A stretch of DNA of 64,000 nt, taken from contig JBGANF010000006.1 of NCBI GenBank assembly GCA_044222475.1, positions 62,379-126,378 on the forward strand. The letters are read 5' to 3'. The notes under the pieces were generated by a model. That model worked only from the letters and a program-made list of their open reading frames with translations, was not told the DNA's origin and searched no databases. The translations under genes were made by a program, and so were the position numbers. This document shows positions 40,504 to 51,398 of this stretch, piece after piece. Each line of letters opens with the position of its first letter. The stretch's first letter is position 1. This DNA comes from Polyangiaceae bacterium. Its GTDB lineage: Bacteria; Myxococcota_A; Polyangia; Polyangiales; Polyangiaceae.

Positions 40504-42297
40504 TCAGTTCGGAGTCGGCGGTACGACGACGGTGTTGACCGGCTTGACGCTCGCGCCGGCGGGGTACGCGTAGCTCACGTACGTCGTGCCGAAGCCGGTC
40601 GACTGATCGGAGCCCCAGCCCCAAACGGTGAGACCGACGGGGCCGTTGCTCTTGATCTCGTGACGACCGTTGTCGCAGGTCCCTTGCTTCTGGAAGTTGC
40701 CGCGCACGAGGTCGACGCGCGTGTACTCGTACTTCCCTTCGCTGCCGACGGGCTTCCAGCCGGTGAGCGTGCCGGCGCAGTCGAGGTTGACGTCCGCGAA
40801 TCCGTTCGCGGTCTTCGTGCGGACCACGACGAGGTTCGTCTCGGAGTACGTCGGATCGGTGAAGAAGACGTACGACCGCAGGTACTGCTGCGGCGGAATC
40901 ACGTTGACGAACTCGGGGTCGCCGCGGTTCTGGAAGCCGCTGCCGCCGGTCATGTGAGCGGACATGTAGAACGGGTGCTGCTCGTCCTGGCTCTTCACGC
41001 GGAACGGCCCGGCGCTGTTGAACTCGGCGACTTGGCCTTGGTTGATCGAGAGCGGCGCGCCCGACGGCGGGGAGGGATCCCAGCTGAGCGTGGTCCCGTT
41101 GACGGCGCCGACGAGTCGCCACGGCGGGGTCTCTTCCGGTCCGGGCTCCACGCGGTTGCGGTAGCGGACGCCGACGTACTCGTAGCCGAGCGCTTGCACC
41201 GGCGGGATCTGCTGGTGAGCGGAGTCGCAAGCCGACGTGCTCACGTCGATGTTGAGGCAGCTCGCGCCGCCCCAGAGACCGACCGGCTTGTTCGATTGGA
41301 TCGCGCTCCCGGTGAGCTCGAGGGGCTGAGTGAACTGCACGTACTCGCCCTTGGCCAGGTTGTACGTGACCGGGACGCCCTTGCCGGTGCCGACCACGCC
41401 GGTTCCGGCGGTGATCGCGTTGGTCGGGCTGATCGTGACGGTGGTGCCGTCCTCTTGAGCGAGGATGTCCATCGACGGATCGCCGTCGGCGACGATGGCG
41501 CTCTTCCGGAACGCGTTCACGCCGATGTAGTTCGTGTCCCACGACGTCGTCGGGAGCAGAAGCGTCGCGCTCGTCGCCGCGCTCTGCCCGCCGCCGTAGG
41601 GGAAGATGTCGTACGCGACGACGGGGCGCGACGCGGTGATGTGGAACGCCTTGCCGCGGCCGGTGCGCGCGACGAACGCCGGTGTGCCGGTCACCGCAGC
41701 GGTCACGCCGGCGGGGCACGTCACGAAGCCGGAGTACGCGAGGAACAGGATCGCGACCTGGCCGGCCGGGAGCTGTCCGCCGGGGAGAGGGTTGTACGTG
41801 ATCGACTGACCGCTCCCCGAAGGGATGCGCGCGAACGGCGCGATGTTCAGGCTCTGCCCGTTGCGCTCCACCGTGAGCGTCACCGGTCCGGTCCAGGTGT
41901 TGGCGATGTATGCGGCGAAGCAGCCGCCGGCACCCGCCGAGATGATGTCGGGGTCGACGCTGTAGTAGTCGCAGCCGATCGAGCTCTTGTTCACCTTCGC
42001 CGAGTCGCACGCGGGGACGCACACACCGCCGGCGCCGCAGCCTTGGTCGTCGGGGCAGGTCGTGACGGTGTTGCCGTTGCAGTCGAGGACGGAGTGGAGA
42101 TCGCTCGAGCACGTGATGCCGCAGCCGCCGCCGTCGCCGCCGCCGTCGCCGAAGATCGGCCCGCCGTCGCCGCCGAAGGGATCGCTGTCACCGCCGCCGC
42201 CGTCGGTGATGAACCCGCTGGGCGTCGTGTTGCCGCAGCCGAAGAGAGTCAGTGCCAACGCGATCGGAGCCCAACCGTACGCGACGTGCGACTTCAT
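40504..42297 (-). CDS. IgGFc-binding-protein N-terminal domain lipoprotein
   Basis: SIGCDYY, SATLLLPT..W...Y, SNKPV, QQIPP...LG.EY, SYAYPAG. Confidence 0.85.
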   Translation of the reverse strand: MKSHVAYGWAPIALALTLFGCGNTTPSGFITDGGGGDSDPFGGDGGPIFGDGGGDGGGCGITCSSDLHSVLDCNGNTVTTCPDDQGCGAGGVCVPACDSAKVNKSSIGCDYYSVDPDIISAGAGGCFAAYIANTWTGPVTLTVERNGQSLNIAPFARIPSGSGQSITYNPLPGGQLPAGQVAILFLAYSGFVTCPAGVTAAVTGTPAFVARTGRGKAFHITASRPVVAYDIFPYGGGQSAATSATLLLPTTSWDTNYIGVNAFRKSAIVADGDPSMDILAQEDGTTVTISPTNAITAGTGVVGTGKGVPVTYNLAKGEYVQFTQPLELTGSAIQSNKPVGLWGGASCLNIDVSTSACDSAHQQIPPVQALGYEYVGVRYRNRVEPGPEETPPWRLVGAVNGTTLSWDPSPPSGAPLSINQGQVAEFNSAGPFRVKSQDEQHPFYMSAHMTGGSGFQNRGDPEFVNVIPPQQYLRSYVFFTDPTYSETNLVVVRTKTANGFADVNLDCAGTLTGWKPVGSEGKYEYTRVDLVRGNFQKQGTCDNGRHEIKSNGPVGLTVWGWGSDQSTGFGTTYVSYAYPAGASVKPVNTVVVPPTPN

Positions 42298-42361
42298 GGG
42301 CGGATCGTAGCATGGGCTCCGCCACTTGGAATTCCGGCCTTGGGGGGGTATTCCACGGTTC

Positions 42362-44137
42362 GTGAGAGACACCGTTTCCCAAGTCCTCGATTCGACCGCT
42401 TCCCGATTCTCCGACCGCGTCGCGTTGCGCTGCAAACGAGAAGGTCGGACGAAGGAGTACACCTGGCGCGACTACCGCGAACGGTGTCGCGCCGTCGCGA
42501 GAGCGCTGCTCGCGGTCGGCGTCGAGCCGGGCGAAGGTGTCGCGATCATCGGCTACAACGCACCCGAGTGGCTCTTCGCGGACGTCGGGGCCATCCTCGT
42601 CGGAGCGATCCCGGCCGGCATCTACACGACGAGCAGCCCGGAGCAGACCGCCTACATCGCGGCTCACTGCGACGCGCGGGTCGCCTTCGCCGACGACGCA
42701 ACGAGCGCGAAGAAGTTCCTCGCCGCCCGAGACAAGATGCCGAAGCTTCGGCACGTCGTGCAGTGGAGTGGGACGCCAGTCTCGGATCCGCTGGTGGAGA
42801 GCTGGGACGCGTTCGTCGAGCGGGGCAAGGGCGTGCCGGAGTCGCGCGTCGACGAGCGGGCGGCGGCTCAGAAGCCGGACGACGCCTGCACCCTCATCTA
42901 CACGTCGGGCACGACGGGCACGCCGAAGGGCGTTCTCCTCAGCCACCGCAACATCATCTGGACGGGTGAGGTCGCGGTCGGCGGCGTCGGCATCGACGAG
43001 AACGACCAAGGCGTGAGCTACCTGCCGCTCTCGCACATCGCCGAGCAGATGCTCACGATTCACGGTCCGATGTTCACCGGCCACTGCATCACCATCGCCG
43101 AGAGCCTCGAGAAGCTCGTCGATACCCTTCGCGAGGTTCGCCCCACGTATTTCATGGGCGTGCCGCGCGTCTGGGAGAAGATTCAGCAGCGCATGATGGC
43201 GGCGGCGCAGAACGCGTCGCCGTTCCGCAAGAAGCTCGCGGCGTGGGCGCGCCGTCAAGGGATGCGCGGAGGCGAGGCGCTTCAACACGGGCGCAAGCCG
43301 CCGCTGCGCTATCGGATCGCGGAGCGTCTCATCTTCAGCAAGGTGAAGGAGCGCATGGGGCTCGACCGTTGCCGCCTCGCGGTGAGCGGCGCCGCGCCGA
43401 TCTCCCGCGACACGCTAGACTTCTTTCTCAGCCTCGGCATCCCGATCTACGAGGTCTACGGGATGAGCGAATCGACCGGCCCGGCGACCTACTCGACGCC
43501 GGAGCGGTTCCGCATCGGCAAGGTTGGCCAGCCGTTCCCTGGCAGCGAGGTGAAGGTCGCGGACGACGGCGAGATCCTCATCAAGGGGCCTCACGTGTTC
43601 GTCGGCTACCTCAAGGACGAGAAGGCGACGAAGGAGATGCTGCGCGACGGGTGGCTGCACAGCGGGGACATCGGCGAGTTCGACGCCGACGGGTACCTCG
43701 CCATCACCGATCGCAAGAAGGAGCTCCTCATCACCGCCGGCGGCGAGAACGTCGCGCCTCAGCTCATCGAGGGGGCGCTCAAGTCGATCCCCGTCGTGGT
43801 GCAGGCGGTCGCCATCGGCGATCGTCGGAAGTACCTCTCGGCGCTCATCACGCTCGATCCCGACCGCGTCCCGGTCGACGCGGCGGCGTGGGGAAGCTCG
43901 GCGAAGACCCCGGCGGAGGCGGCAGAGTGCGCGATCTTCCGGGCTCGCCTCGAGAAGGAGATCGAGGGCGTCAATCGCTCGCTCGCCCGCGTGCAGGCGA
44001 TCAAGAAGTTCACGATTCTCCCCGGCGAGCTCACGATCGACGGCGGCGAGCTCACCCCGACGATGAAGCTTCGCCGGAAGGTGATCCTCACGAAGTACGC
44101 GACCCAGATCGAGTCGATGTACGTCGGAGCCGACTGA
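42362..44137 (+). CDS. fadD: Long-chain fatty acid-CoA ligase
   Basis: YTSGTTGTPKG, LPLSHIAE, YGMSE, GWLHSGDIG, DRKKELL. Confidence 0.9.
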   Translation: MRDTVSQVLDSTASRFSDRVALRCKREGRTKEYTWRDYRERCRAVARALLAVGVEPGEGVAIIGYNAPEWLFADVGAILVGAIPAGIYTTSSPEQTAYIAAHCDARVAFADDATSAKKFLAARDKMPKLRHVVQWSGTPVSDPLVESWDAFVERGKGVPESRVDERAAAQKPDDACTLIYTSGTTGTPKGVLLSHRNIIWTGEVAVGGVGIDENDQGVSYLPLSHIAEQMLTIHGPMFTGHCITIAESLEKLVDTLREVRPTYFMGVPRVWEKIQQRMMAAAQNASPFRKKLAAWARRQGMRGGEALQHGRKPPLRYRIAERLIFSKVKERMGLDRCRLAVSGAAPISRDTLDFFLSLGIPIYEVYGMSESTGPATYSTPERFRIGKVGQPFPGSEVKVADDGEILIKGPHVFVGYLKDEKATKEMLRDGWLHSGDIGEFDADGYLAITDRKKELLITAGGENVAPQLIEGALKSIPVVVQAVAIGDRRKYLSALITLDPDRVPVDAAAWGSSAKTPAEAAECAIFRARLEKEIEGVNRSLARVQAIKKFTILPGELTIDGGELTPTMKLRRKVILTKYATQIESMYVGAD

Positions 44138-47100
44138 TCAGCTCGCGGCCCAGGCCGTGCCGAAGCGCCGCTTGAGCGCCGCGGCCTCGCTCGTGATCGC
44201 GAATCGCGCGGCGTCGCCGGCGAACGGGTGATCGAGCACCGCACCGAGCGCGCCGCGGCCCGGCTGCTCGGTCGCGCGGAGGAAATGCGGATCGACGCTC
44301 CGGACGTCGTCGATCGTCGCCAAGAGATCGCCGGTGAGGATGTACGCCGCGCGAAGCTCTGCGCGGGCGAGCGCGGAGATGAACCCTTCGATCGCGGGCG
44401 GGCGCCCCTGCGGCGACGCGATGTGCGGCGCGAGATCCTCCAGCAGCCGACGGTGCTTGCGTGAGAGGGCCTTCGCGATGCTCACCTCGTACTGGGCGAC
44501 GAGCTTCTCGGAGAGGACGTCGAGCGTCTCGGTACCGTAGCCAGGGACGGCTTGGCGGGCGGCAGCGATGAGGTACGCCTCGATGTGCGGCGCCGGTAGC
44601 TCTTCGAGCCACGGCACGCCGTAGGCGACGCGCACGAGAGCTTTCCCCATCGCGGCGAGCTGCGCCATGGGCGGGAGCTGGGTCAGCGACTCGGGGACGA
44701 CGATCCACGGGTCGTCCTGAGCGAGCACGCGGGTGCGCGAGACGGAGTTCGAGATCACGAACTCGAGATCGGAGATCCCGAGGAGGCGCGCCAAGCGATC
44801 GAGGAGGAGGCGCGTCGGATGTCCGCTCCGCGACGACACGCGATCGCGCGATGCGATTCCGAGCTCGGAGAGATCGGCGCGAAGGATCTTGGACTCGACG
44901 CCGCTCACCGCGGCCGCGACCTCGAGGAGAACGTGGCGCCCCTCGGGCGGGAGGACGTGGGTCACGAGGGTCGCTCGGTCGAGCACCGGAGTTCCGGATT
45001 CGATGGGCTGCGGGCTGCGACCGCGGAGCCAAGCGTGGCGCCCTTCGTCGAGGTCGCCGGCGATCGCTCGTAGCTCGCTCACCGCGAGCGCTTCTTCGCC
45101 ACGTCGCTCGGCGCCGAGCGAGCGCTCGAGGAGGCCGAGCGCGGCGGCCGGGTCGGCGAGCGCGAGGAGCGGCTTCGCCGTCGGGTGCATCATCGCGAGC
45201 ACCGTGCGCGTGGCATCTTCGTGGGAGCCTGCCTTGGAGAAGGCGTTCGCGAGTTCGAAGCGAGTTTCGTAGAGCTCGCTCTCGATCGCCACGGCCTGCT
45301 GGAGGTGACCGATGCCGTCGCGCACGCGGTCGAGTTGGTCGACCTCGATCTGGCCCAGCGTCGCGAACCACGACGCGTCGACGCGACCGAGCCGTTGACC
45401 GATCGTGATCACCTCGCGGAGCGCGCGGGCGTAGGCGCCGTCGTCCCGGCCGGTCTTGCTGGACGCCGTCTTGTGGTGGGCCGACAGCTTCGAGAAGATC
45501 CGCGCGTTGCCCGGGGCGCACGCGACGGCGTGGATGAGCGCCTTCTCCGCGAGGGCGCGCTCTCCGAGCCTGGAGCGCATCGTGGCGAGCTCGACGAGGA
45601 GCTCCGACCGCGCCTCGGGGTCGCGCTCGACTTCGGCGAGGCGACCGAGGAGATCGGCCTGCTCCGCTCGCGAGGCCTCCGCGTTCTGAGCCGCGACGAA
45701 GCGGATGAGCGCGCGGAGCGCGCGGGCGTTCGACGGCTCCACCGAGAGCGCGAGGCGCAGCGTGCGCTCGGCCTCGTCCTTGCGATCGAGGACGCGCTCG
45801 TAGACGCTCGCGAGCGCGAACAGCGCGGTCATCTTGGGCCCCGGTTCGCGGCTCGCGCCGACCACGGCTTCGAGCGCGTCGACTGCCTCGGGCCAAGCGC
45901 GCTGGGCGATGCACAGCTCGGACAGGGTGAGCAGCGACGGCACGTGCTGCGGCGCAGCGGCCCGCACGGCGCGCATCGCGTCGATCGCGGTGTTGAGATC
46001 CTTGAGCTCGTCGCGCGCGACGCGCGCGATCTCGGAGCCGAGCATGACGATCGCGTCGGCCGCGGTGGCGCGCGACATCACGGTGCGGAACGAGTCGACG
46101 AGTCGCTCGGCTTGACCGTCCTCGGTCCACACCGTGGAGAGCCGCCCGGCGGCCGGGATCGAGTCGGGGTCGGCTTCGAGAGACTTCTCGAGGAGGTGCG
46201 CGGCTCGCGCGCGCCGCTCGGGGCGCGCGCCGAGTCGTTCGTCGGGGGCGGAGAGGAGGAGCTCGGCCGCTTCGAGGAGGTAGCGGCCGCGAACCTTCGG
46301 CTGACCGGCGATGTCGGCCAGGGCCACGGCGGCGGCGAAGGCGCCCTCGGCGTCGCGGAGGCGCGTGGCAAGGCGCGCGAGGCCAGTCGCGGCGGTGACC
46401 GAGAGCGGATCGGTGTGGAGCGCCATGCGGTAACGGTCGCGCGCTTCTTCGAGCAGCCGCGGATCGGAGGCGGCGTCGGCCGCGGCTTCGACGAGGAGGC
46501 CGAGGCGGAGCTGGATCGCGAGGCGAGCTCCGTCGTCGCAGGCGAGCGCGAACAGCGTGCGCAGAGCGAAGACGACTCGCAGCCGCGCCTTCGCGTCGCC
46601 GCGGCGCGCGAGCGGGAGCTCCTTGCGGAACGTCGCGTCGAGCGCGCCCGGGTCGGTGGGATCGAGCTCGAGGATGCGGGCGTACGTGCTGACCCCGTCG
46701 GCGGCCGGGAGCTTCCACTCCTCCAACGTCGCGAGGGCCCAGAGCGCGCCGAGGCGCGCGCGCACGTCGCGGAGCGCATCGCCTTCGCGGGAGAGCGTGC
46801 GCGCGAGCGGTGCGAGCTCACCGCTCTGTCGCGAGATCGACTCGAGGAGGCGCAGCGCGGGGATGTGGCCGGGGTCTTCGGTGACGAGCGACTCGAGCAT
46901 CGAGACCGCGCGGCTGATCTCCTTGCCCTGCTCGACCAGGAGCATCGCGGCGTCGAACGCGAGGGTCTGCGCGGCCTCGGGCGTGGCCGCGCGATCGACG
47001 CGCTTCAGCGCGAGCGTGCACAGCTCGCCGAGCATGGCGCCGCGCGGGCCGCCCGACTTTGCCGACGCGGCGGCGCGCCGCGCGAGGACGCGGGCGAGGC

Positions 47101-49888
47101 GATCGGCCACGTGGTCGTCGTCGGGTGTCTCGGCGAGGGCGCGGACGTAGACCTGCTGCGCCGCAGCGTCGTCTCGACGCCGGTACTCGTCGACCTCGGC
47201 CGCGAGCACGAGGAAGCGCGCCCGCTCTTCGGGGGTCTTGCCGTCGGTCGCGAGCGCTTCGAGGGCATCGCGGTACGCCTGCAGATCTTCGCCCTGCTCG
47301 AGGATGCGGGCGATCTCCAGCGGAGGGGCCGGGTGGGACGGGTCCAGTTTGCGTGCAGACTGCAACGACTTGACCGCCTCGAGCGGCTGCTTGAGCGCGC
47401 TCCGCTGGACCTCGGCGAGCGCCAGCCACAACCGGACGATGTCGTCGCGCGACACGGTTCGCAGACGCTCCGCGGACGAGATGCGCGCCTTGAGCGACGT
47501 GGCGACGCGCTCGTGCCGGCCCGCCTCCTCGTGGAGTCGGGTCTCGAGCGTGCGGGCCGCGGCGTGATCGCCGTCCTTGGCGAGCACGCCCTCGACGAGG
47601 GCGAGCGCGCGAGCCGCGTCGGTCTTCGCGATGGCGGTGGCGGCGCGCACCTCGAGCCCCAGCACGTCCGCGCCGTCCTGCGCGAGCCTCGCTTCGTCGA
47701 GCAGCGATCGAGCGACGAGCTTGTCGTCTCCGCTGCGCGAGGCGACGCGGTGAACGCCGAGGATCGCGCTTCGTCGGTCCGGCTCGAGGGCGAGGATCTC
47801 CTCGTACGCGGCGAGGGCGCGCCGCGGATCGCCGAGCGTGTTCTCCCAAAGGCTCGCCGTTTTCTCGAGGTAGGCGATCTTGCGCGCCGGGTCGCGCGCG
47901 TGCGACGCGGCTTGCGCGTAGAGCTCGAGCAACGACCGGGCCTCGGAGTCGAGACGCTCGGACGGAGTCGGGGTCAGGAGACGCGAGAGCGCGTCGAGCA
48001 CCTCGGAGTCACCCGGGGCGCCGACCCACGCGGCGCGGAGGTGACGAATCGCGTCCGCACGCCGGCCGAGCTCCTCGGCGATGACCGCGGCGCGGAGGAG
48101 GGCCTTGGCGCGCTTCGGACCTTCGGCGTTGCGCGCCGCCTCGGTGAGCCAGACGCCGATGCGCGGCTCGTGGCGATCGGCCGCGATGAACAGGCGGTCG
48201 AGCGCGTCGACGAGCGTCGCGTCCTGAGGCTCGAGCGCCAGCGCCTTCTGCGTCTCGAGGATGGCGCCGTCGAGATCGCCGGCCTTCTCGGCGTGGCGCG
48301 CGAGGATGCGATGCTCTTCTGCGATCGCGCGCGGGTCCTCGAAGAATCGCAGGCGCAAGCGTCGAACGCGGAGCGCGTTCGCGAGGTCGCCGCCGAGCTC
48401 GTACAAGCGGCTGAGCTCGTCCAGCACGCGACGGTCCACCGAGGCGACCGTGGGCGAGCGCATCGTGGCTCGTTCGAGGAGCGTGATCGCGCGGGCCCGC
48501 TCGCCGAGGCGTGCGTCCGCGAGGATCGCGGCGTCGAGCTCGAGGCGAGCCGCGCGCGCGGAGTCTCGCTCGAGCTGGGCCTCTTCTTCGAGGAGCGCGG
48601 CGAGCGCCGACGCGTCGTCGTGGGCGGCCACGTGGCGGAGCGCGGCCTCGCGCACCGGGCCGATCGCGGGGTCGAGCTCGACCGCGCGCTCGAGCGCCGA
48701 TCGCGCGCCGTCGACGCGCTGGAGGCGATGTTCGAGCACCTGCGCCCGTTCGACGTGGAGCCACGCCGCGAGTCGAGGCTCGGACTCGTAGGCATCCGCC
48801 ATCGCGCCGAGGTGGGCGGCGTACGCTTCCCAGGCCGCAGGATCCTTCGACGCGGTCGCACGCTTGTAGAGTGCACCTTCGAGACCTTTGAGCGCCGCTG
48901 CGTGCGTCTTGGCGCGAGCGAGCGCGGCTTCCCACGCGGCGCGGACGCCGGCGTCGTCGTCGCCGCGCGCTTCGAGGAGGCGGGCGCGCTCCGCGAGGAG
49001 CTCGACGGTGGCTGCGTCTTCGGTCGATGCGAGCAGCTCCTGGTCGAGGTGCTCGATCATCGCCGCGATCGCCGCGCGCGAGTGCTTGCGTCGGCGGAGG
49101 ATGCCGTGCGCGGCGGCCGATGCCGGATCGACGGCGAGCGCGGCCTCGGCTTGGGCGGTCGCCCGTGCGTCGTCACCGAGGAGGGTCTCGAGCGCGATCG
49201 AGAGCTCGACGTGTGCGCGCGCGCGGCCCACGCGATCGTCGCTCGTCTCGAGCGCGCCGAGGCGCGCCGAGAGCAGCTCGACGAGGGACTCCGAGCTCAA
49301 CGGATCGAGGAGGGATCGCTGACGCTCGCGAAGGTCGCCCGGAGCGGGGGAGCGATCGGTGCGAGGGAGTGGAGGCGGACCGGGGAGCGCGGGCCCCGAG
49401 GAAGGGATCGGCGGCAGCTTCTTGCCGCCGGGGATCGCGGGGAGCGGCGGGGGTCGCTGAGTCGAACGTCCGGGGATCGGCGGCGGCGGCTTGGACGGGC
49501 GCGCGCTCGGCGAGTTGCCTGGTAGAGGCGGCGGCGGCCGCGACGACATCTTGGGTGCCGGCGCCAGCTCGCCCGCGGTGGGGAGGAGGAGCCCTGCAGT
49601 GGGCGGCGCGTTGCGAAGCGAGACCGAAGCCGGGTCGTTCGACGCGCGCTGCAGCGTCTTCACCTGCTCGTCGATGTCCCAGCCGTCGTCGGTCAACGCG
49701 AGCAGCTTGTCGATGGAGTTCTTGTCCTCTCCACCGATCGATCCCGACGACGGCGGCGTCGGCGGTGGAACCGCCGGCCGGCTCGCCTTCGGAGGGAGAG
49801 GCGGCGGCTTCTTCGGGACCAACTCCACGTCGGTGACGTCGACTTGGATTTCCGATGATTGCGAGGGGTTGGCGCGCTTTTGCGCCAT
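44138..49888 (-). CDS. Very large TPR-repeat protein with Pro-rich N-terminus
   Basis: Many ALxxDP helical repeats across about 1900 aa. Confidence 0.88.
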   Translation of the reverse strand: MAQKRANPSQSSEIQVDVTDVELVPKKPPPLPPKASRPAVPPPTPPSSGSIGGEDKNSIDKLLALTDDGWDIDEQVKTLQRASNDPASVSLRNAPPTAGLLLPTAGELAPAPKMSSRPPPPLPGNSPSARPSKPPPPIPGRSTQRPPPLPAIPGGKKLPPIPSSGPALPGPPPLPRTDRSPAPGDLRERQRSLLDPLSSESLVELLSARLGALETSDDRVGRARAHVELSIALETLLGDDARATAQAEAALAVDPASAAAHGILRRRKHSRAAIAAMIEHLDQELLASTEDAATVELLAERARLLEARGDDDAGVRAAWEAALARAKTHAAALKGLEGALYKRATASKDPAAWEAYAAHLGAMADAYESEPRLAAWLHVERAQVLEHRLQRVDGARSALERAVELDPAIGPVREAALRHVAAHDDASALAALLEEEAQLERDSARAARLELDAAILADARLGERARAITLLERATMRSPTVASVDRRVLDELSRLYELGGDLANALRVRRLRLRFFEDPRAIAEEHRILARHAEKAGDLDGAILETQKALALEPQDATLVDALDRLFIAADRHEPRIGVWLTEAARNAEGPKRAKALLRAAVIAEELGRRADAIRHLRAAWVGAPGDSEVLDALSRLLTPTPSERLDSEARSLLELYAQAASHARDPARKIAYLEKTASLWENTLGDPRRALAAYEEILALEPDRRSAILGVHRVASRSGDDKLVARSLLDEARLAQDGADVLGLEVRAATAIAKTDAARALALVEGVLAKDGDHAAARTLETRLHEEAGRHERVATSLKARISSAERLRTVSRDDIVRLWLALAEVQRSALKQPLEAVKSLQSARKLDPSHPAPPLEIARILEQGEDLQAYRDALEALATDGKTPEERARFLVLAAEVDEYRRRDDAAAQQVYVRALAETPDDDHVADRLARVLARRAAASAKSGGPRGAMLGELCTLALKRVDRAATPEAAQTLAFDAAMLLVEQGKEISRAVSMLESLVTEDPGHIPALRLLESISRQSGELAPLARTLSREGDALRDVRARLGALWALATLEEWKLPAADGVSTYARILELDPTDPGALDATFRKELPLARRGDAKARLRVVFALRTLFALACDDGARLAIQLRLGLLVEAAADAASDPRLLEEARDRYRMALHTDPLSVTAATGLARLATRLRDAEGAFAAAVALADIAGQPKVRGRYLLEAAELLLSAPDERLGARPERRARAAHLLEKSLEADPDSIPAAGRLSTVWTEDGQAERLVDSFRTVMSRATAADAIVMLGSEIARVARDELKDLNTAIDAMRAVRAAAPQHVPSLLTLSELCIAQRAWPEAVDALEAVVGASREPGPKMTALFALASVYERVLDRKDEAERTLRLALSVEPSNARALRALIRFVAAQNAEASRAEQADLLGRLAEVERDPEARSELLVELATMRSRLGERALAEKALIHAVACAPGNARIFSKLSAHHKTASSKTGRDDGAYARALREVITIGQRLGRVDASWFATLGQIEVDQLDRVRDGIGHLQQAVAIESELYETRFELANAFSKAGSHEDATRTVLAMMHPTAKPLLALADPAAALGLLERSLGAERRGEEALAVSELRAIAGDLDEGRHAWLRGRSPQPIESGTPVLDRATLVTHVLPPEGRHVLLEVAAAVSGVESKILRADLSELGIASRDRVSSRSGHPTRLLLDRLARLLGISDLEFVISNSVSRTRVLAQDDPWIVVPESLTQLPPMAQLAAMGKALVRVAYGVPWLEELPAPHIEAYLIAAARQAVPGYGTETLDVLSEKLVAQYEVSIAKALSRKHRRLLEDLAPHIASPQGRPPAIEGFISALARAELRAAYILTGDLLATIDDVRSVDPHFLRATEQPGRGALGAVLDHPFAGDAARFAITSEAAALKRRFGTAWAAS

Positions 49889-49964
49889 CGAGTGTCCTCC
49901 GAGTCTAGGCGGCTTCGGTGCGCGACTGCGGGGAGATGGTCGCACGGAATGCTATGTTGTGGGG

Positions 49965-50495
49965 GTGTCTTTCGCGGTCCGCGTTTCAGCCCTCGTCGTT
50001 TTGGCGGCACTCCCGGCGTGCACGCTGATCGCCCAGTTCGTCGACGTGGCGGATCCCTGTGCGGACGGCGGCTGCGTCGACGCCACGGTCGACGCGACGG
50101 CGGACGTCGGGCTCGACGTCCGCGCCGACGTGAAGGACTCGGGCCCGCCGCCCGTCGACGCGGCGGGCGCGTGCAAGGGAAAGAGCAACGGCTTCTACTG
50201 TGGGAACAACGGCCTGCCCGTCGCGATCCCAAAAGAGTACCTCGTCGAGTGTCGCGACGCGGGCGCGATCCTGACCTACTGCACGAACGGCTGCCTCGCG
50301 TTCCCGGCGGGCATCCCCGATCGCTGCGATCCCTGCGCCGGAAAGGCCAACGGAACGTACTGCGGTCAATCGTTCTGGCCCGGCACCGAGAACGCGACGT
50401 TCCTGTTCACGTGCGGGGCCGGGTCGGCGATCATCCAGAAGAACTGCGGCGTGAACGGTTGCACCACGAACATGGGCGCTGCCATGTGCAAGTGA
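49965..50495 (+). CDS. Cys-rich lipoprotein with two C.GK.NG.YCG repeats
   Basis: Lipobox LPAC; internal repeat. Confidence 0.75.
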   Translation: MSFAVRVSALVVLAALPACTLIAQFVDVADPCADGGCVDATVDATADVGLDVRADVKDSGPPPVDAAGACKGKSNGFYCGNNGLPVAIPKEYLVECRDAGAILTYCTNGCLAFPAGIPDRCDPCAGKANGTYCGQSFWPGTENATFLFTCGAGSAIIQKNCGVNGCTTNMGAAMCK

Positions 50496-50501
50496 CGGGC
50501 G

Positions 50502-51326
50502 TCAGCGGCCGACCTGGACCGTGGTGCCTTCGCGGGCGACGAACGCGTGCTTCCACGCCTTCGTCGCGTCCTTTGCGATCTTGCGCATGAAGGCGTCGTC
50601 GTGGTTCGGCTCGTGGTGGAAGATCGCCAGCCGCTTGACCGACGACGCGATCGAGAGCCTCACGCCCTCTTCCCACGTCGAGTGACCCCAGCCGACGTGT
50701 TTCGGGAGCTCCGCGTCGGTGTAGGTCGAGTCGTAGATGACGAGGTCGGCGCCCTCGATGAGGCCGAGCACGTTCTGATCGGGCTTGCCGGGGACGTGCT
50801 CGGTGTCGGTCACGTAGCAGACCGCCTTGCCGTCGTACTCGATGCGGTAGCCCGTCGCGCCGTTCGGGTGGTTGAGCGGCGCGGTCCGCACCTTGACGCC
50901 ACCGGGCAGCTTGAAGCGGTCGCCGAACTTGAAGTCGATGCAGTCGAGCTTGGCGGTCATCGTCTCGAGCGGGATCGGAAACGTCGGTCCGGCCATCTGG
51001 CTCCCGAGCACCCCGCGGATCCCGCCCAGCGTCTCCGAGAGGTGACCGGCCATGATCTTGAGCGCGCACTTCTTGTCGTACGCGGGCGCGAAGAACGGGA
51101 AGCCGTGGATGTGGTCCCAATGGGTGTGCGTGAAGAGCAGCGACGCACGGCGCACGCCTCGCTTGAGCAGCGACGAGCCGAGCATGCGCGCGCCCGTTCC
51201 GGCGTCGAGCACGATCGTGTGGTCACCGGCGCGAACTTCGACGCAACTCGTGTTGCCGCCGAACGCGACGTGCCTGGGCGAAGGGCAGGGGATCGTCCCG
51301 CGTACGCCCCAGAAGGTGACCTCCAT
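50502..51326 (-). CDS. MBL-fold metallo-hydrolase
   Basis: FWGVRG, GGNTSC, DAGTG, THTHWDH, TDTE, WGHS, FHHEP. Confidence 0.93.
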   Translation of the reverse strand: MEVTFWGVRGTIPCPSPRHVAFGGNTSCVEVRAGDHTIVLDAGTGARMLGSSLLKRGVRRASLLFTHTHWDHIHGFPFFAPAYDKKCALKIMAGHLSETLGGIRGVLGSQMAGPTFPIPLETMTAKLDCIDFKFGDRFKLPGGVKVRTAPLNHPNGATGYRIEYDGKAVCYVTDTEHVPGKPDQNVLGLIEGADLVIYDSTYTDAELPKHVGWGHSTWEEGVRLSIASSVKRLAIFHHEPNHDDAFMRKIAKDATKAWKHAFVAREGTTVQVGR

Positions 51327-51398
51327 CGCCCGAGAGTGCCAAAGTCATGGTCGGTCTGGCAACAGCTCGTTTTCCAGGTGTGGAATACTCCGTCCTCC